64,000 nt of DNA from assembly GCA_963924565.1 (NCBI GenBank), contig OZ004608.1:25358001-25422000 (forward strand). Reading direction: 5' to 3'. Each line of letters opens with the position of its first letter. The first letter of the stretch is position 1. The notes beneath the pieces were generated by a model. The model was not told where the DNA came from and made no database searches. It was given only the letters and a program-made list of their open reading frames with translations. Below, one piece after another: positions 24,001-35,993 of the stretch. The translations under genes were made by a program, and so were the position numbers. The DNA comes from Ascidiella aspersa. Taxonomy: Eukaryota.

Positions 24001-27000
24001 ATGGCCTGAATTCGAGTGCGTGTTGCTGCGAAGATGAGAGGGGTCTGGGTGACTGGATAACGCCTAACGCTCGGCCATTGTCGACTGTCACGCGAGCCTC
24101 CAGCATCGTCGGCTTCTTGAATGGGTGCGGGCGCGAGACGACCGGCGTTGAGTCAACAGTCCCCGCAGTCTGACCGCGATTTGGCGACAACACACTACAT
24201 CGCGCCCTGTTCGATCAAAACCGGCGACCGACCCGTGGCCCAACGATGACTTTGTCAAGTGCTGGCGGAGTTAAATGGCGTGCTGTGTCCCGCAGTGGTG
24301 TTTAACGACGGTGATGGGTGGGATTGGGCCGTGCTTGCTCTCGAACTCAAACTGGGCGTTTTTATCGGCTTCTTTGCTAACTTTTTGTGGCATGTTTAAA
24401 TCCGACATACCGATGTCTTGATTAATTGGGTATGCCTACACTTATCAAAGCACAGCATATTGTAGCTTGGCCATCAAAGAAAAAAAACGCCCGATATTAA
24501 ATCAGGTCATACACAAGTATGTATTTTAAAATGAGCAAATCACAGTTAAAAAATTGTTCATTTTTTTTGCATCATACGGAATCGAAGTACAAAAAAGGCA
24601 ATGCGTCTGGGTTTTATCCAATTACAGGTCACTTAGTCAGACAGTTTACAATGATTTATTTATTGCGGATCGGGTGTATTTAGGCGTTCGAAAAAGGGAC
24701 GGAGCGGTAGCAAAATGGGTCAAACCGTATTGAATCAACGGCAATAAATCGCTTAAGATTTCAATCAGAAAACATCGAAATAACCGTTTCTCCCTCCTAA
24801 ACGACCTTCGGTGCCACGACATTCAAAACGGCCATCTCTAAATGGATAAATAATGCTTTGGAAAGAGTAACTTCGAAAAACTAATACAGATTTATGTCAA
24901 TCCAATCACAGGGTACTTTAATCTGTTTTCCGAAGTAATCCCATCCACAACATCCCTTTAAAATTCAGATTTGAAGTTAAATTCAGATTTGAAGTGGAGT
25001 TTAAACAGCGTGAGCGCAACGTTTTGATATGCAAGGCTAAGGGGCAGCACTGACACTTGGCATGAATCACAGCAGTTACACAGCTCACGGGGTTATTGCG
25101 ATCACTGTCCTGAGCGGGCACTTAGCGCACTTACATCCGTATACCGAGGGCGCGGCTATATCGGGAAGCGATTAGAGGAAAGCGGGAAGCAATTGGGCGC
25201 GCACATTGAGCACCAAATGGTGCGTAAACCGCTCCCGCTTGCAATGCTGTATGATAAGTTGATCTCTACTGATGTCGCTAGCCCTTTGTTTCTTGGTTCG
25301 CTTCGGCCAAGGTAAGCGATGATGACCGTAATAACGTTGATATTGTCTTGGGCCGGCCTAAATGGCACCGAAACTTGGGTTAAGATGAAAGGGGCCCAAC
25401 GCACAATGAGTCATTTCTCGGCTCGATTCGCAACGTGTAAACCAACACATACCAGCGGAGATGGTTATAGTAATGACGGCAACTTGACGCAGCAAAACGG
25501 TCTTCGTATGGACTGCGACGCGCCTTGAATGCAGGTTTAGACGAAACTTGAGACGAACATCGATACAGCCTAAACGAACTACGCGGAATCATTTAAAGGG
25601 TTGTTGGATGTGCGTAAGGACTCGTGTCTCCACGAAACTCAAGTCGTTTTCGTCTTTGGGTCGCATCACGCCGACACAGGTTTTCAGGAGCTACAACAGG
25701 CGGTGTCATGTGTTTAGGAACCGCCTTTAAAAAATCCAATTGTAAGGCGTCCGTTTCAAAATCGAGAGTTCCAAATAAAACAGACCGGGCGTTCGCCTTC
25801 CAATATGAAGCAATTAATTGCGCTTTTCAAAAGGCTTTCGGTCTAACGCTATCGTACGCTTTGCTCAGGCCTTCGCCAGCAAAGTCGCGCTCGTGTCTTT
25901 TCACTTGTAGCGTGACCGGTGCAGGCACAAAGGCAAGAGATATTGGACACGCCCGGTCCGAGCGTCAAACGGTGACAAAAGGAGCGGCGCGGGATTGTGT
26001 TGACGCGTCGTGTCGGTCAATCAATATTAAACGGCTCTATGGCCCATCTGAGACAGAGTGCAGCGTGACGGCTTTAGAAATCGGCACCAATGATTGCAAC
26101 GGACTAGTCGTGGAAATGTTTACGGGCGACTGGTGATTGGGCGTTCGCGATGGAAGCTGGCGTCAGTCGAACTCGCTTGGCGCAGCAAAACAAGGCAATA
26201 AAAGCTCGACAATAAGCGCAAGGTCGCGCTTCGGCTAACTGATGCACTTTTTACAAGCGCAAAACAAAAACACATTGACAACAGCTGAGCGTGCGCTTTT
26301 CCAAATCGGGCAACGTATCTTCCGCAGCGGGTGGCTTTGGCGTCCCGCAGGCGCGCAAATGGATTTGACGCGATTTTACAAGCGGCCTGTTCCCGTCGCC
26401 ATTAAGAGAACTCGGTCGTAAAAAGATCGGCTGTTAACCCTGGTGCAGACACGGGGCTTTGTATCCGAAACTGCAAATCCAATAACTCCAGTTGGGGCTC
26501 AAAAAGAGATAAAGGAGAATCGTGAGAGTTGTATACATAAGGAGAGAGTGAGATAAGGCATTCCGACATGATTTAGCAACTGATGTAACGGCAGATTCTC
26601 TCGATTCGCATTTACCATCCCAGCCGGCCTGTCGAACCCTGACAAATGGCCCGTAAACGACGAACGGGCGCGATTTCAATCTCTATTTGGCTCGGTGTAC
26701 AGTCAACAGTCGTATTTGTCGTCGAGCGCGGTTAAGACCGTGTAAAACCGACGAGTGGCGAAACTCGGGTAGTTATACCGCCACTACTGCGTTCCAAACG
26801 TTGCTTTGGTTTCCTTCCCTTGGTAGGCCGCTAAGTGTTCGTCCGAAGAGATTTCTACACTGGCGTAGAGAGAGAAAAGACCTAGGGGCGGTTGCTGGGG
26901 TGTCGACTGTAGCCTGCAGGACCTAAGCTTTGTACAAGTGTCCCTATCGCGTAGTAATAACAACACGTCGCCGGCGTGAAGGATCACAGTTGTGCGCAAG

Positions 27001-30000
27001 GAAAAATGCGCTTCGGTGCAGCAAAGAGAGCTCGTCAAAGATGAAGAGACGACGACGATCCCCTACTGTTTATAAACAACGCCCAGCGACGAAAGGGCCG
27101 GAATAGAGTTGTAGAAGGGTCAAGGTTAATAGCGTTTAACAAGATTAGGGAGTAATTTGATGCGCGGCTGACTGCCTACTCCGTCGGGAGTGGTCAATTT
27201 TGAAAGGGGCGACCGAGCTTCGTAACAGCTCAGAGATCACAATTTTAAGGTACCTCACAACAAATGCGTGGAACTAATAGGCGGGAAATTTTCCATACCG
27301 GCTATATTCAAATTTACCGTTTCGACGCACGTATCATCACTTATTCCTCAATCGGATCAAAACGATGGAGCACAATGGTTGAAAGCTGTAGTAAAACCAA
27401 TATCAAAGCCCATATAGAAGGAGGTGTCATTTCGTACATTTTAAATATCTCTTATTAATTTTAGTCCGGGAGTGGTTAAGTTATTATGTTGACTGTGGTG
27501 AAAATGAATAAAGAGATTTTCGAAACGTTCATAATGATATTTACTATCTATGGGCTTGGATCTAAACAAATTCCGTAAAGCCACATCCGAAAGTGAGCGA
27601 TTGACCTAAAACCTTGAAGCCGTTCCAACGCAGATTTCAGGTCGCTTTGGTTGGCAAATCGATGGAACCGTTTGGCATCACAATCGATCGGGAAAACAAG
27701 GCTGACGCACGGCGGCCGCAATCAAATTAGCCGCCGAGCTGAAATCGCCGCCGATCAATTTGTTTTCCGGCGCCGCTGGGAATTTTTTGAAAGTCGGCGA
27801 AGTTGGCCGGGCCGAGCCCCATATGTCTCGCGCACGAAACTGGGCCGAATCCACGACTGGGAAAAGCAAACACGGTTAACGGCGTGAGGCCACGGAGTCA
27901 CGCAGCACCCAGACTTGCAGCCAGGTCCAATGGCAACACAAACAGACGACGGGCGGCGTGATTGACTTTTCTCGCGATGTATGCCATTGCACAAGTGCAA
28001 ATTCACAAGGCGGTTTTGGAACAAGGTATGGTTTAACTGGCAATTTTCGATATTTTTCTTGCACTTTAAAGCAGCTCCAAACTGGTAACAATGCGTCGTA
28101 AACCAATAGGTAATAAACCGCGTGAATTTAGAAAAAAATATCGAAACTTGATAATGAATTGCAAGGCCAAAAAGGCCGAGTAGATTGGAATCAACTTGTT
28201 ATTAAGACGTTACGATACTAGCTTGTATCATCGTCAGTTATTGTGACTGAGAAGTAATTCAAAATATCGAATCTAATGTTAATGTTCGGACAGTATATTA
28301 TGCTAATCAACAGCACACCACTAAAACGAGAAGGTGCTGCAATATTTACAGAAGTTGCAGCAATATCACAGTCAAAAAGATTGACACGGGCCGTGTCGCA
28401 TTTTCCGCCTTGCCATTTGCATTTAGCCAAACTTGAGCAGGTGTACCATCTGCCCTTAATCGCATTTCGCCCGGGACCAAGACTCATCATTTAACGTCGC
28501 GCGTCCCGCCGCGGTCTTGCAGCTTTGGCGACACCCGCGCCTCCCAGCGACCCGAGTGAAGATGGCAGGAGGCCGTTCTGTTCGGCAACATGAAAGGCCG
28601 ACGGGCGGTGCTCGATATATATTTATGTAGCCGAAGCTAATTCGCGTCCCCGGGAGACGAATAATCCCAGGAGAACTATGATTTTAACGCGAGCAGCGAC
28701 GCGACGGCGGAACCACCACTTGGCCCTTTTTCTCACTCACTTGCTTGCTTGATTGCTAAAATCGGCCATGCCGCGGCAATCCTGCAAAGATCGGAGACGC
28801 GGGCGCCCAATTAATTTGGTGTTCGTATCGGTTGCATATATAACATACATTAAAAGGATACGTCACAACGTTGATATTGGAGAACCATTAATTTGCGTTG
28901 ATTCTGATACAAATGATTTCTTCCAAACACAGTGCACAGGGTTTCACATCTATTATACGAACTTACGCTTCGATATGCGACATGCAGGTTATGTTGACCG
29001 GCCAAGTGGGCAACAGAATAATGTAAGTTTCGTCCGAGCTTTGTTCAACTTAAAGCTGCTTTGGCATATTTCACCAATAAGCACCAGGCTTACCCGACGC
29101 TAAGTAGTAACTTTATCGCGTAGGCGTTTAATCCGGCTCGCCAACGTTATGGCGGTGCGCAGGGCTCGGGGGCGACAACCGTACAGCATAGAGTGGATTT
29201 TTCGACACCTATCCGAAACCTTGGCGCCAACCCTGGAGACCTGGCAATTGTTAAACAAGGGTCTGTGGGATAGGCGGTCAACCGCATACTACGACTGGGC
29301 TAGGGGTTAAACGCAAAGAGACGGTTTTTATTTAAGCCCGCTACGCTACGAGGCACGCAAGGTCGCTCGCCAATTGCGGGCCATTAGTAGGGCTTAGCCC
29401 AAACAATCAACAGAGCCCCTTGGATTAAGTAACCACAAGCGGAAAGCAGCACGCCGGCAATTAGACGTGTTTCGATATCCAAGAATGGGCAATCTTTCTA
29501 GCGGTTGAAAACCGAGACTTTCTTTGTGAAACGGAAAACAGTACCTTATTTCAAGCAGTTTTGCACACACGCTGTCTTATTTTGTCTCTGTAACCAGACA
29601 CTTTTTAGAGTCGGGGTAATACAGGCGAAACAGATGGTCTGCAGGAATTTTTTTAGGCAGGCATTTGTAAAGTTTTAGTGTCTGGTTAGCCATTACCAGT
29701 TAGCAGAAAATAAGACAGGCTAACAAAGGGTATGACCAGACACAGAGGTGAAGTGATACCTGAAACGCAAATCTGCATAAATAGTAACGCAAACACCTTA
29801 AACCCTCCGACGGTAGTTTACACTAAAGCAGTCGAAAGGAGGGCCGTCACCAGTTTAAGGGACGCTACGATAAGCAAACACAAAAGGCGAAGGCTCAGCC
29901 GCGAGTTTTGATCGAAAAAAAGAAACAGGAAAAAGAGAGAGGGCGAGAGAGACTGGCCAGCCCGAAGTCCTATGTGCCGCGGTGACAACTGGAGACTAGT

Positions 30001-33000
30001 CACGCACCGAGTCAAACAATGTGTGTAAATAGGCCAACTGAAATTGGGCACGGCAAAGTGGGATCGGCGACAGAAGGCAAGATTCGGTGACTATCTGACA
30101 TCGATAGGAATAGTTTGTTCAGTTTACCGCCTTATGCCTACTCGTGACGAAATGTACAATGCTATGGTTCGCAAAGAGTATCCCACTATTATAATTTTGT
30201 TGGCAACATATTCCTTAGTTATTTTAATTTAAAACAATGTCTTAATTTAAACAAGGAAAATATTCTAACTATATTAACATAACCTAGAGCAAAACACATT
30301 CTCTAAGTCTAGACTGTTCCAATATTATTATAAAATAATTTAAATTGATTAAAAGATTCGACAAAACATCATAAACGTTGAATTGGAAAGGGCAATCCTT
30401 CACTTGATCGCTGTCATTTGTAACAATTATAATTGGTGATTGCCCATCCCCACCAGGTAAAATTGGTTGACAATGACAGCAATAATTATTGTTCACGTCC
30501 TTGGGCAAAAAACATCCGAGTGTATTTTTACCAACGACGTAACCATTGTTACACCGGATGAAGCTCTAGAGAGGGCGACAGGCAAGTTTGATTAAGTCAC
30601 CGCAGACCCAAACAGACGGGTCACGATTCGCAAAAGGCAGCAATTTGGAGCGATGGGATTTTCGGATCAGTGATCAGCCAACAAGAGGCCTGTTACTAGC
30701 GCCATTGCTTGCAGACACACAAGACATAAACGACCCCCCTTGATAGACAAAGCGACCCCATCTGGTTTGGACGGCAAATTACACGGTTCCGGGTCAGCTG
30801 GCGTTCCCACGGCCAAAGCGGCAGTAGGTTCCGATTAGGGTTGGGGCTTTCGTTGGAGACAATGGAAACCCTGATTTGCGCAGGAAGGGTAACAATCAAA
30901 TAAGGCGGTCGTGATCGCAGAGTAGCTGTTTTCGTTTTTAGTTCAATGGCGGCCAACGATTTTAAGCCACCTTTTCAACTGAAAGGTGGTTAAGCGAAAG
31001 CAATCGCAAGCAATTTTACTCTGTACGTCAGTATCTTAGATGCGATTGGACCACGGAGTGAAATGTGAACACTGTACGACGAAACGCGGTCGATGTGAAT
31101 TCCTTCGGACAAACAGATTACCCATTTAAATCGGAAATTACGCAACAAGGAGCTTGGCCGATCAAATACCAAGTGACTCACTCGGGTGGGCGACTGGTTG
31201 GTATAAACGCGCCCCCCCTATACTGGCTTAGATGGACGATCCGCGAGCTAAGGACGATAAAAGAACGGGGGCGTTCCTCATCGCTAACGGATAATGACTG
31301 GATTCCTCGGCAAAAAACGATAATCATACAAGAATTCCAGCGATAAACCGGGCTGACAGCGGTGACTCGTGGTGGTGTCGGGTGGTGAGTGGGTTGTAGC
31401 GACACAAAAGCGCACCAAGAATTTTTTGCTTCGCTAGCAATTAACCGTTTCGTTAGCGATTATTAACAGCTCGGTTTCGACAAAAACGGTCAACTGTTGT
31501 GAGCCTGTTATCTGTCGGTGCGCAACTATAATGAGCTGTGTTTTACCACAGCCCCGTTGTTTATCCGTACCCCTGCCACGCGGTGTGCAAGCTGACACCA
31601 TTTGAAATTAAAAGAAAGATTTCAAAAGGCGTCTTACAACTGTACCGTTAGCATTCCAAGTAAAACTTTCAATGGACGGTTTATGTATCTTCGAGAGTAA
31701 CAAAGCGCAACAATCGCATTCTCCGGGAAGTTGTTCGAAAGCGAAAGGCCTCACTCAATCGAAGAGCCACTCAACAAAACGTAAATCGGCACGTCGGAGG
31801 CCAATTTCCGGCCCGACAGTATACAAGTCTAGCCCGAACAAGCAGCACCTGAATTCACGTGGCGGTAACCCCAGCACGCAGCCTTTGTGAATCGCCTGGC
31901 GGAATGCAGGCAAAACAATGCGTGCCAGCAGTACACAACCACTGGTTGTTGTTTTTTCGTTTTGTGCGCCGTCCCTAATCCGATCGACAAAGAGGCTGTT
32001 CGACCGCCCGCCTTCCACTGGGCCACCGCCTCAGCGGGAAGTGTACCGGTTGGCAACCGTCCGTCATATAGTTGCGTATATGCGAGGGTGTGTGGCGTTC
32101 CAGATCGCCACTTGACGTGTACACGAAAAACATCCGCAAAAACACGAGGGCGACTCTTCCCAACCGATCCGTCATAACACAGCTGCGCACATCTTCGCCG
32201 GGGTCGGTTTCTGTTACAACACGCCGGGCAAAAGGCCATGGGAAAATTGCCCCGGTAGAATCCTGATTACATTAAATGTGGAAAATGCCGGCGCTTGACA
32301 GGTGATGTCGCTTCAAATTAACCTGATTCACAAAACAAAAGTAGATGCGATTGCGACGCGTGTGACAAATATGATCGTTTTTCTTAGGTTTACAAACATG
32401 TTCCCATGTGTCCGATATGCGGCCTAGTACTTGTCTTACGTACCACCGTCAAGAAGGGCCAGCAGTATTTTATCATTGTTTAGACGGCGTCTTTAAAGAG
32501 ACTTTGATACGGTTTTATACACTACTTTGACATTCGTTTTAATCAGCTTGCAAATCGAGAGGTACTTTTGTTTGTACGAAATGACTAAGCTAGGATGACT
32601 GCACGTTTGAGTTCCGCGACGATGGCCGTGCATAGTAATTGGCGGCTTGTCTTTATACACGGTGTTAGCGCCGCGCCATGTACCAAATTGGGAGAGGGTT
32701 CGCATTACGTAATGCCAGCACAAACGATCATAAACTGCAATTACATTTTCCAGTGGGCCGACGCGCCATTCATCCGGCCTTGGCCGGCGGTCAGTCGGCC
32801 GCGGACAATGGCCGTATGGAAGTTAATGAGTCGTAATTGCGGCGGCAAACGACACGCCTCGACGACGCAAGGCAACCGCACAATGCCAGGAGATTTACGG
32901 CGGCGACGATTGGGCCGCTCCTTGCCTTCAAGGATGTCAAAGTCCGCGCGCCGAGTACTCGCGCCACATAATAGTAAACGAGCGAGGCGCCAACGCCGCC

Positions 33001-35993
33001 TAGTCCAGCAGGTGACTGTCACACTTGCAGGCAATTAAACTGTGCAAGCGCAGACAAATACCAGACCTAGTCGCTGCTAAAGTAGCTTCTGTTCCGATTT
33101 TTAAACGCTGTGACAAGGTACAAAAAACAAGACCAACAATTGGGTTTTCTATTTTTACTGGACTGGGAAATATTCAGTATAGGAAAGAATGAAGTAGAAA
33201 CGTGAACTCTGCACCAAACAGGTGCTGGCTCCTGCCAACAGGTGCTAGCTGGCACACATACAAGTCATAAAGCAAATATATGACCGAAAATTGGTTATCG
33301 CTAACAGGTGTCCCGATCAAGCAAACACAGCATATATACGTTACGGAACTACGACGAGATTTACTATTTAATCGACGTCGAAATGGACCAGTAGGCGTCT
33401 ACCTCGAATTATGTGTTTAACTAGAAGAGCGACCTTCGCACAGGCAACATTACGTCATATATTTATGTAGCGGGCCAATTGAGGCCGGTCGATTTTTGTT
33501 TTAATGTTATGACGACCACCCGGCTGCGTGTTACCAACTTCGCGACCACATGTTGATATAGATGGAAACTTGGTCTTATATAGATGGAAACTTGGAGCCT
33601 ACTCCAGGCTGGATAAAGAATTAGAATTTGCCAACTCCCAGTCAGCCATTTTCAATCACAATTCGCCTTATAGTGCCGCATGGGTGGCGCGGTATCTGGC
33701 GAAGTTTTCGTCTTGGCTTACTTAATTTTTGACGCACTGTACACGGCCGGCTTTTCCCGCGGGAGCCAGTAGTGAGGCCACGGTCACTTGCCGATATTAG
33801 GGCATTAGGAACGCGGGGAATATCGTGGAGGAGCCAGATTTCGTTTTAACGGCTCATGCGGATCTGTCAGCCCATTAGCGTCGCCGGGTTAATCCGGCAA
33901 GCGTCGCACGGCGAACGGTCATTGGTCGAAACTGCAACGACCCCGAAAAATGCCACTGGAACAGGGCGGCGCACTAAAGCAGGAGTTTCCCAGCAATCAA
34001 TAACATGTAAACTGCATTCAGGTACCCTAACTGATTATCTCGTGGCGAACATGCGGAGTGAAAAGCCTCTCTTGTAAATTATTATCGAAGAGGTCGTTTG
34101 GTTTATTTTATTACAACACCAAACAAACAAGAAATGCCTGTCAGGCCAGGTACCATATTATTGAGAAAAAGCGGAAAACGAACTTACTGGAAAGCAAAGC
34201 GCCTCACTCTAAACAGTCAACCTGAAGTATTTAGCGGCACTCCGAAATTACACAGATTTTTTGTACAAGACTTACCTTCGATGAGGGTCACTTGCACGTA
34301 GGCGTCTGCAGTCCCAACATTGCTGGTCGCCACGCAAAAGAACTTGGCGTTGTCGCGCTTGGGTCGTGTGCCTTCAATCCACAGCACGCTTCCAGAGCCG
34401 CCCTTGTACTCGTATGTGTAAGACTTGTAGCGTTCAGGCAGCTGCGAAAGCAATCGTTTTTTAACGAACAGTCCTGAAAACTAACCCAATTTGTATCGCC
34501 AAAAGTTACTGGCCAAAATTCGATTGATATGTTTGGAAATTAACATTTTAGGTTTGCATTGCAAAAAAAGCTGAATTTAACCAACATAATCTTAATACTT
34601 CGACACTACATTTTACGGTTGCATAATATTCGAAACACGAGATATAATTACGCAGAGACCGTTTTACAATGAAACACTACTGTGGTTTTAAAACAGGTTA
34701 TATTTGCTGTAAGAATGTATCCCCTTTTCCATTTCCATTTCCATTCTAATTCTGATTCTCATTTTCAAACAAATAGAGAAGGAGTGGCTAAACCCATTTA
34801 CCTTAACAATATTCCCCAGCCCGTTCAAAAAAAAAGCTTATCAGGTCGTGCGCTCATTGCACTTTGCAACGTATTATTAGCTCTAAGGGGCAAAGGCTTC
34901 CGCCCATGTGTACGTTGTGGTTCTTTTCGGTTAAACAAGTAGAAAATGTGGCTCTTGGTCCCTCACTGGTTTGCAATCCAAGCAATAGAAAAACGACAGG
35001 GCGTACCGTTTGCTTATTTTTCATCCATTCGATTTTCGGTCGTGGATTGCCGGTAGCGTTGCAAACCAACGCGATCTGCTTCCGCGCTAAAGCAGTTTGT
35101 GGTCCAGTGATGAAAGTGATGGCTGGTGGAACTGACGATAAATAGAGTTGTCGTTATTTATTTTGATTAAATTCGAACACAAACTAGACAAAAGTGAGTT
35201 GGAAACTGTAAAATAAGTTGATATGCTCCTTTTAACAAAAGTTCAACCAGATGAGATATACCCTTTGTAAAATATTTGTACTTTTACAGGTATTTGTTAA
35301 TGAAAAACGCTTTAAAAGTAATGTAAATATTTCTTTAGAGGATAAAGCAACATTTTCGTGATATCAATACAAAACATTCTAACTCTTTAACATATAAACA
35401 CATGCAATTAGAGAAAAATGTGCAGAGCAGAGCTCCCCGGTCATGCCTTCGCAACGATAATGACAAATGCTAACACAAACATTCAGAAGTTTCAAGGTTT
35501 TGTTCATTACCAGCGTCATAAAGTTTGCTCATATTGCGAAACATGCGTTAAATAAAAGCCTTTAGACGTAATACCTTGGAATCTGAGTGAATTTACTCAA
35601 AGGAAATACGCGTAACGTGCTTTACAGGCTAGAAATAAATGCTACATAAAATATACAGACATGTAATTACCGGAATCTGTCAGCCCTTGTGGATTTGCTG
35701 CTATGAAAAAAGCATTAAGTTTTAGATTTAACCCACACAAGGAGCCAATATATTGCAATGGCCTTTGAGATTTAACGTTACACAAAAAAAGCGAAAGCGC
35801 AGTGGATTGCCCGGCGTCTTTTCTTTAATAGTTTTAAATGTATATTAGGCAAGACAACAAAGTAGAACCAACCTTCCCGAGACTGTCTCTGTCTTCTACC
35901 TTTGTTTCTGTGATGTCTTGACCTTGGACGGCATTCTGCTAAATCTACAATAATCATCAGCGCAATGGCAAAGCTTAAAAGTACCAAGCGCAT
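1..35993 (-). CDS. PTPRD/F/S (Lar): LAR-family (type IIa) receptor protein tyrosine phosphatase, 5' portion (signal peptide, Ig1-3, FN3 1-6); spliced, continues beyond base 1
   Basis: Phase-consistent exons: 35873-35993, 35671-35700, 35007-35131, 34276-34441, 18126-18308, 11189-11299, 9663-9788, 9282-9454, 8714-8880, 7703-7818, 6036-6182, 4484-4630, 3969-4138, 3111-3261, 2361-2657, 1819-2024, 510-627, 254-365 (35671-35700 is a small, possibly optional exon). LAR-diagnostic motifs: [93 protein letters not shown]. Transmembrane and phosphatase domains are outside the window. Confidence 0.93.
254..365 (-). CDS. FN3-6 N-terminal exon
   Basis: [37 protein letters not shown]; tttaaag| ... AG|gtttgc. 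Confidence 0.85.
510..2024 (-). CDS. FN3-5 (exons 1819-2024 and 510-627)
   Basis: [23 protein letters not shown]...[11 protein letters not shown]...PNRGL | [29 protein letters not shown]; phase-0 junction. Confidence 0.9.
1162..1215 (-). CDS. Candidate 54-nt cassette exon at the meC-equivalent position in FN3-5 ([18 protein letters not shown])
   Basis: tttgtgtcttcag| 54 nt |gtgaga; phase 0-0, stop-free, matches flanking phases. Confidence 0.6.
1337..1555. mobile_element. Fold-back (palindromic) MITE-like element
   Basis: Inverted arms, e.g. cgccagcaaaggcattgtcag / ctgacaatgcctttgctggcg, gctagcaatt / aattgctagc, cagcagaat / attctgctg. Confidence 0.75.
2361..2657 (-). CDS. FN3-4 (single 297-nt phase 1-1 exon)
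   Basis: APSAAPLDV...[18 protein letters not shown]...[26 protein letters not shown]...STAES; caacag| ... A|gtatgt. Confidence 0.9.
3111..4138 (-). CDS. FN3-3 (exons 3969-4138 and 3111-3261)
   Basis: [22 protein letters not shown]...[28 protein letters not shown]...TRPD. Confidence 0.9.
4484..6182 (-). CDS. FN3-2 (exons 6036-6182 and 4484-4630)
   Basis: [11 protein letters not shown]...[23 protein letters not shown]...[29 protein letters not shown]...KTDQG. Confidence 0.9.
7703..8880 (-). CDS. FN3-1 (exons 8714-8880 and 7703-7818)
   Basis: PPVDLRRLG...[20 protein letters not shown]...[26 protein letters not shown]...RTGEA. Confidence 0.9.
9282..9454 (-). CDS. Ig3 C-terminal half
   Basis: [58 protein letters not shown]; donor gtcagt. 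Confidence 0.92.
9663..9788 (-). CDS. Ig3 N-terminal half
   Basis: [42 protein letters not shown]; donor gtaagt. Confidence 0.93.
10688..10696 (-). CDS. Candidate 9-nt microexon at the meB-equivalent Ig2-Ig3 linker
   Basis: pyrimidine tract ...gtaccatag|TGCGCGATC|gtaagta; phase 1-1; gives YVK-VRD-LRRVP. Confidence 0.55.
11189..11299 (-). CDS. Ig2 C-terminal half
   Basis: [37 protein letters not shown] (D-x-G-x-Y-x-C Ig motif); frame is not in the ORF track; ctcccag| ... G|gtacta. Confidence 0.92.
18126..18308 (-). CDS. Ig2 N-terminal half
   Basis: [61 protein letters not shown]; tttcttgcag| ... G|gtagta. Confidence 0.92.
21148..21610. mobile_element. Non-autonomous hAT (Charlie-like) MITE
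   Basis: TIRs CAGTGGTTCTTAACC / GGTTGAGAACCACTG; perfect 8-bp TSD ttatagaa; subterminal gcggaccgg motifs. Confidence 0.9.
34276..34441 (-). CDS. Ig1 C-terminal half
   Basis: [55 protein letters not shown]; ttcgcag| ... G|gtaagt. Confidence 0.92.
35007..35131 (-). CDS. Ig1 N-terminal half
   Basis: [42 protein letters not shown]; cgtcag| ... |gtacgc. Confidence 0.9.
35671..35700 (-). CDS. 30-nt linker exon ([10 protein letters not shown]) between signal exon and Ig1
   Basis: T-rich acceptor ...tttcatag|cagcaa...ttccg|gtaatt; phase 1-1, no stop; NAGNAG acceptor. Confidence 0.7.
35873..35993 (-). CDS. LAR-RPTP first coding exon: signal peptide plus basic extension
   Basis: [40 protein letters not shown]; phase-1 donor G|gttggt; upstream acceptor ttgttag at 36036-36037 adds 5' UTR to 36035. 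Confidence 0.85.

Noticed and set aside
26438-26537. Hydrophobic [23 protein letters not shown] as an alternative signal exon
   Set aside because: Only a weak gttaac donor and no promoter evidence
11300-34275. Dozens of 60-170 aa ORFs in the large introns (e.g. 25624-26136, 19559-20080, 32595-33038, 23338-23772)
   Set aside because: No recognisable domains or consistent splice chain; Arg/Ser/Cys-rich composition expected of GC-rich non-coding DNA
35575-35582. 8-nt possible microexon (cag|attccaag|gtatta)
   Set aside because: Frame-shifting, weak donor, no compensating partner
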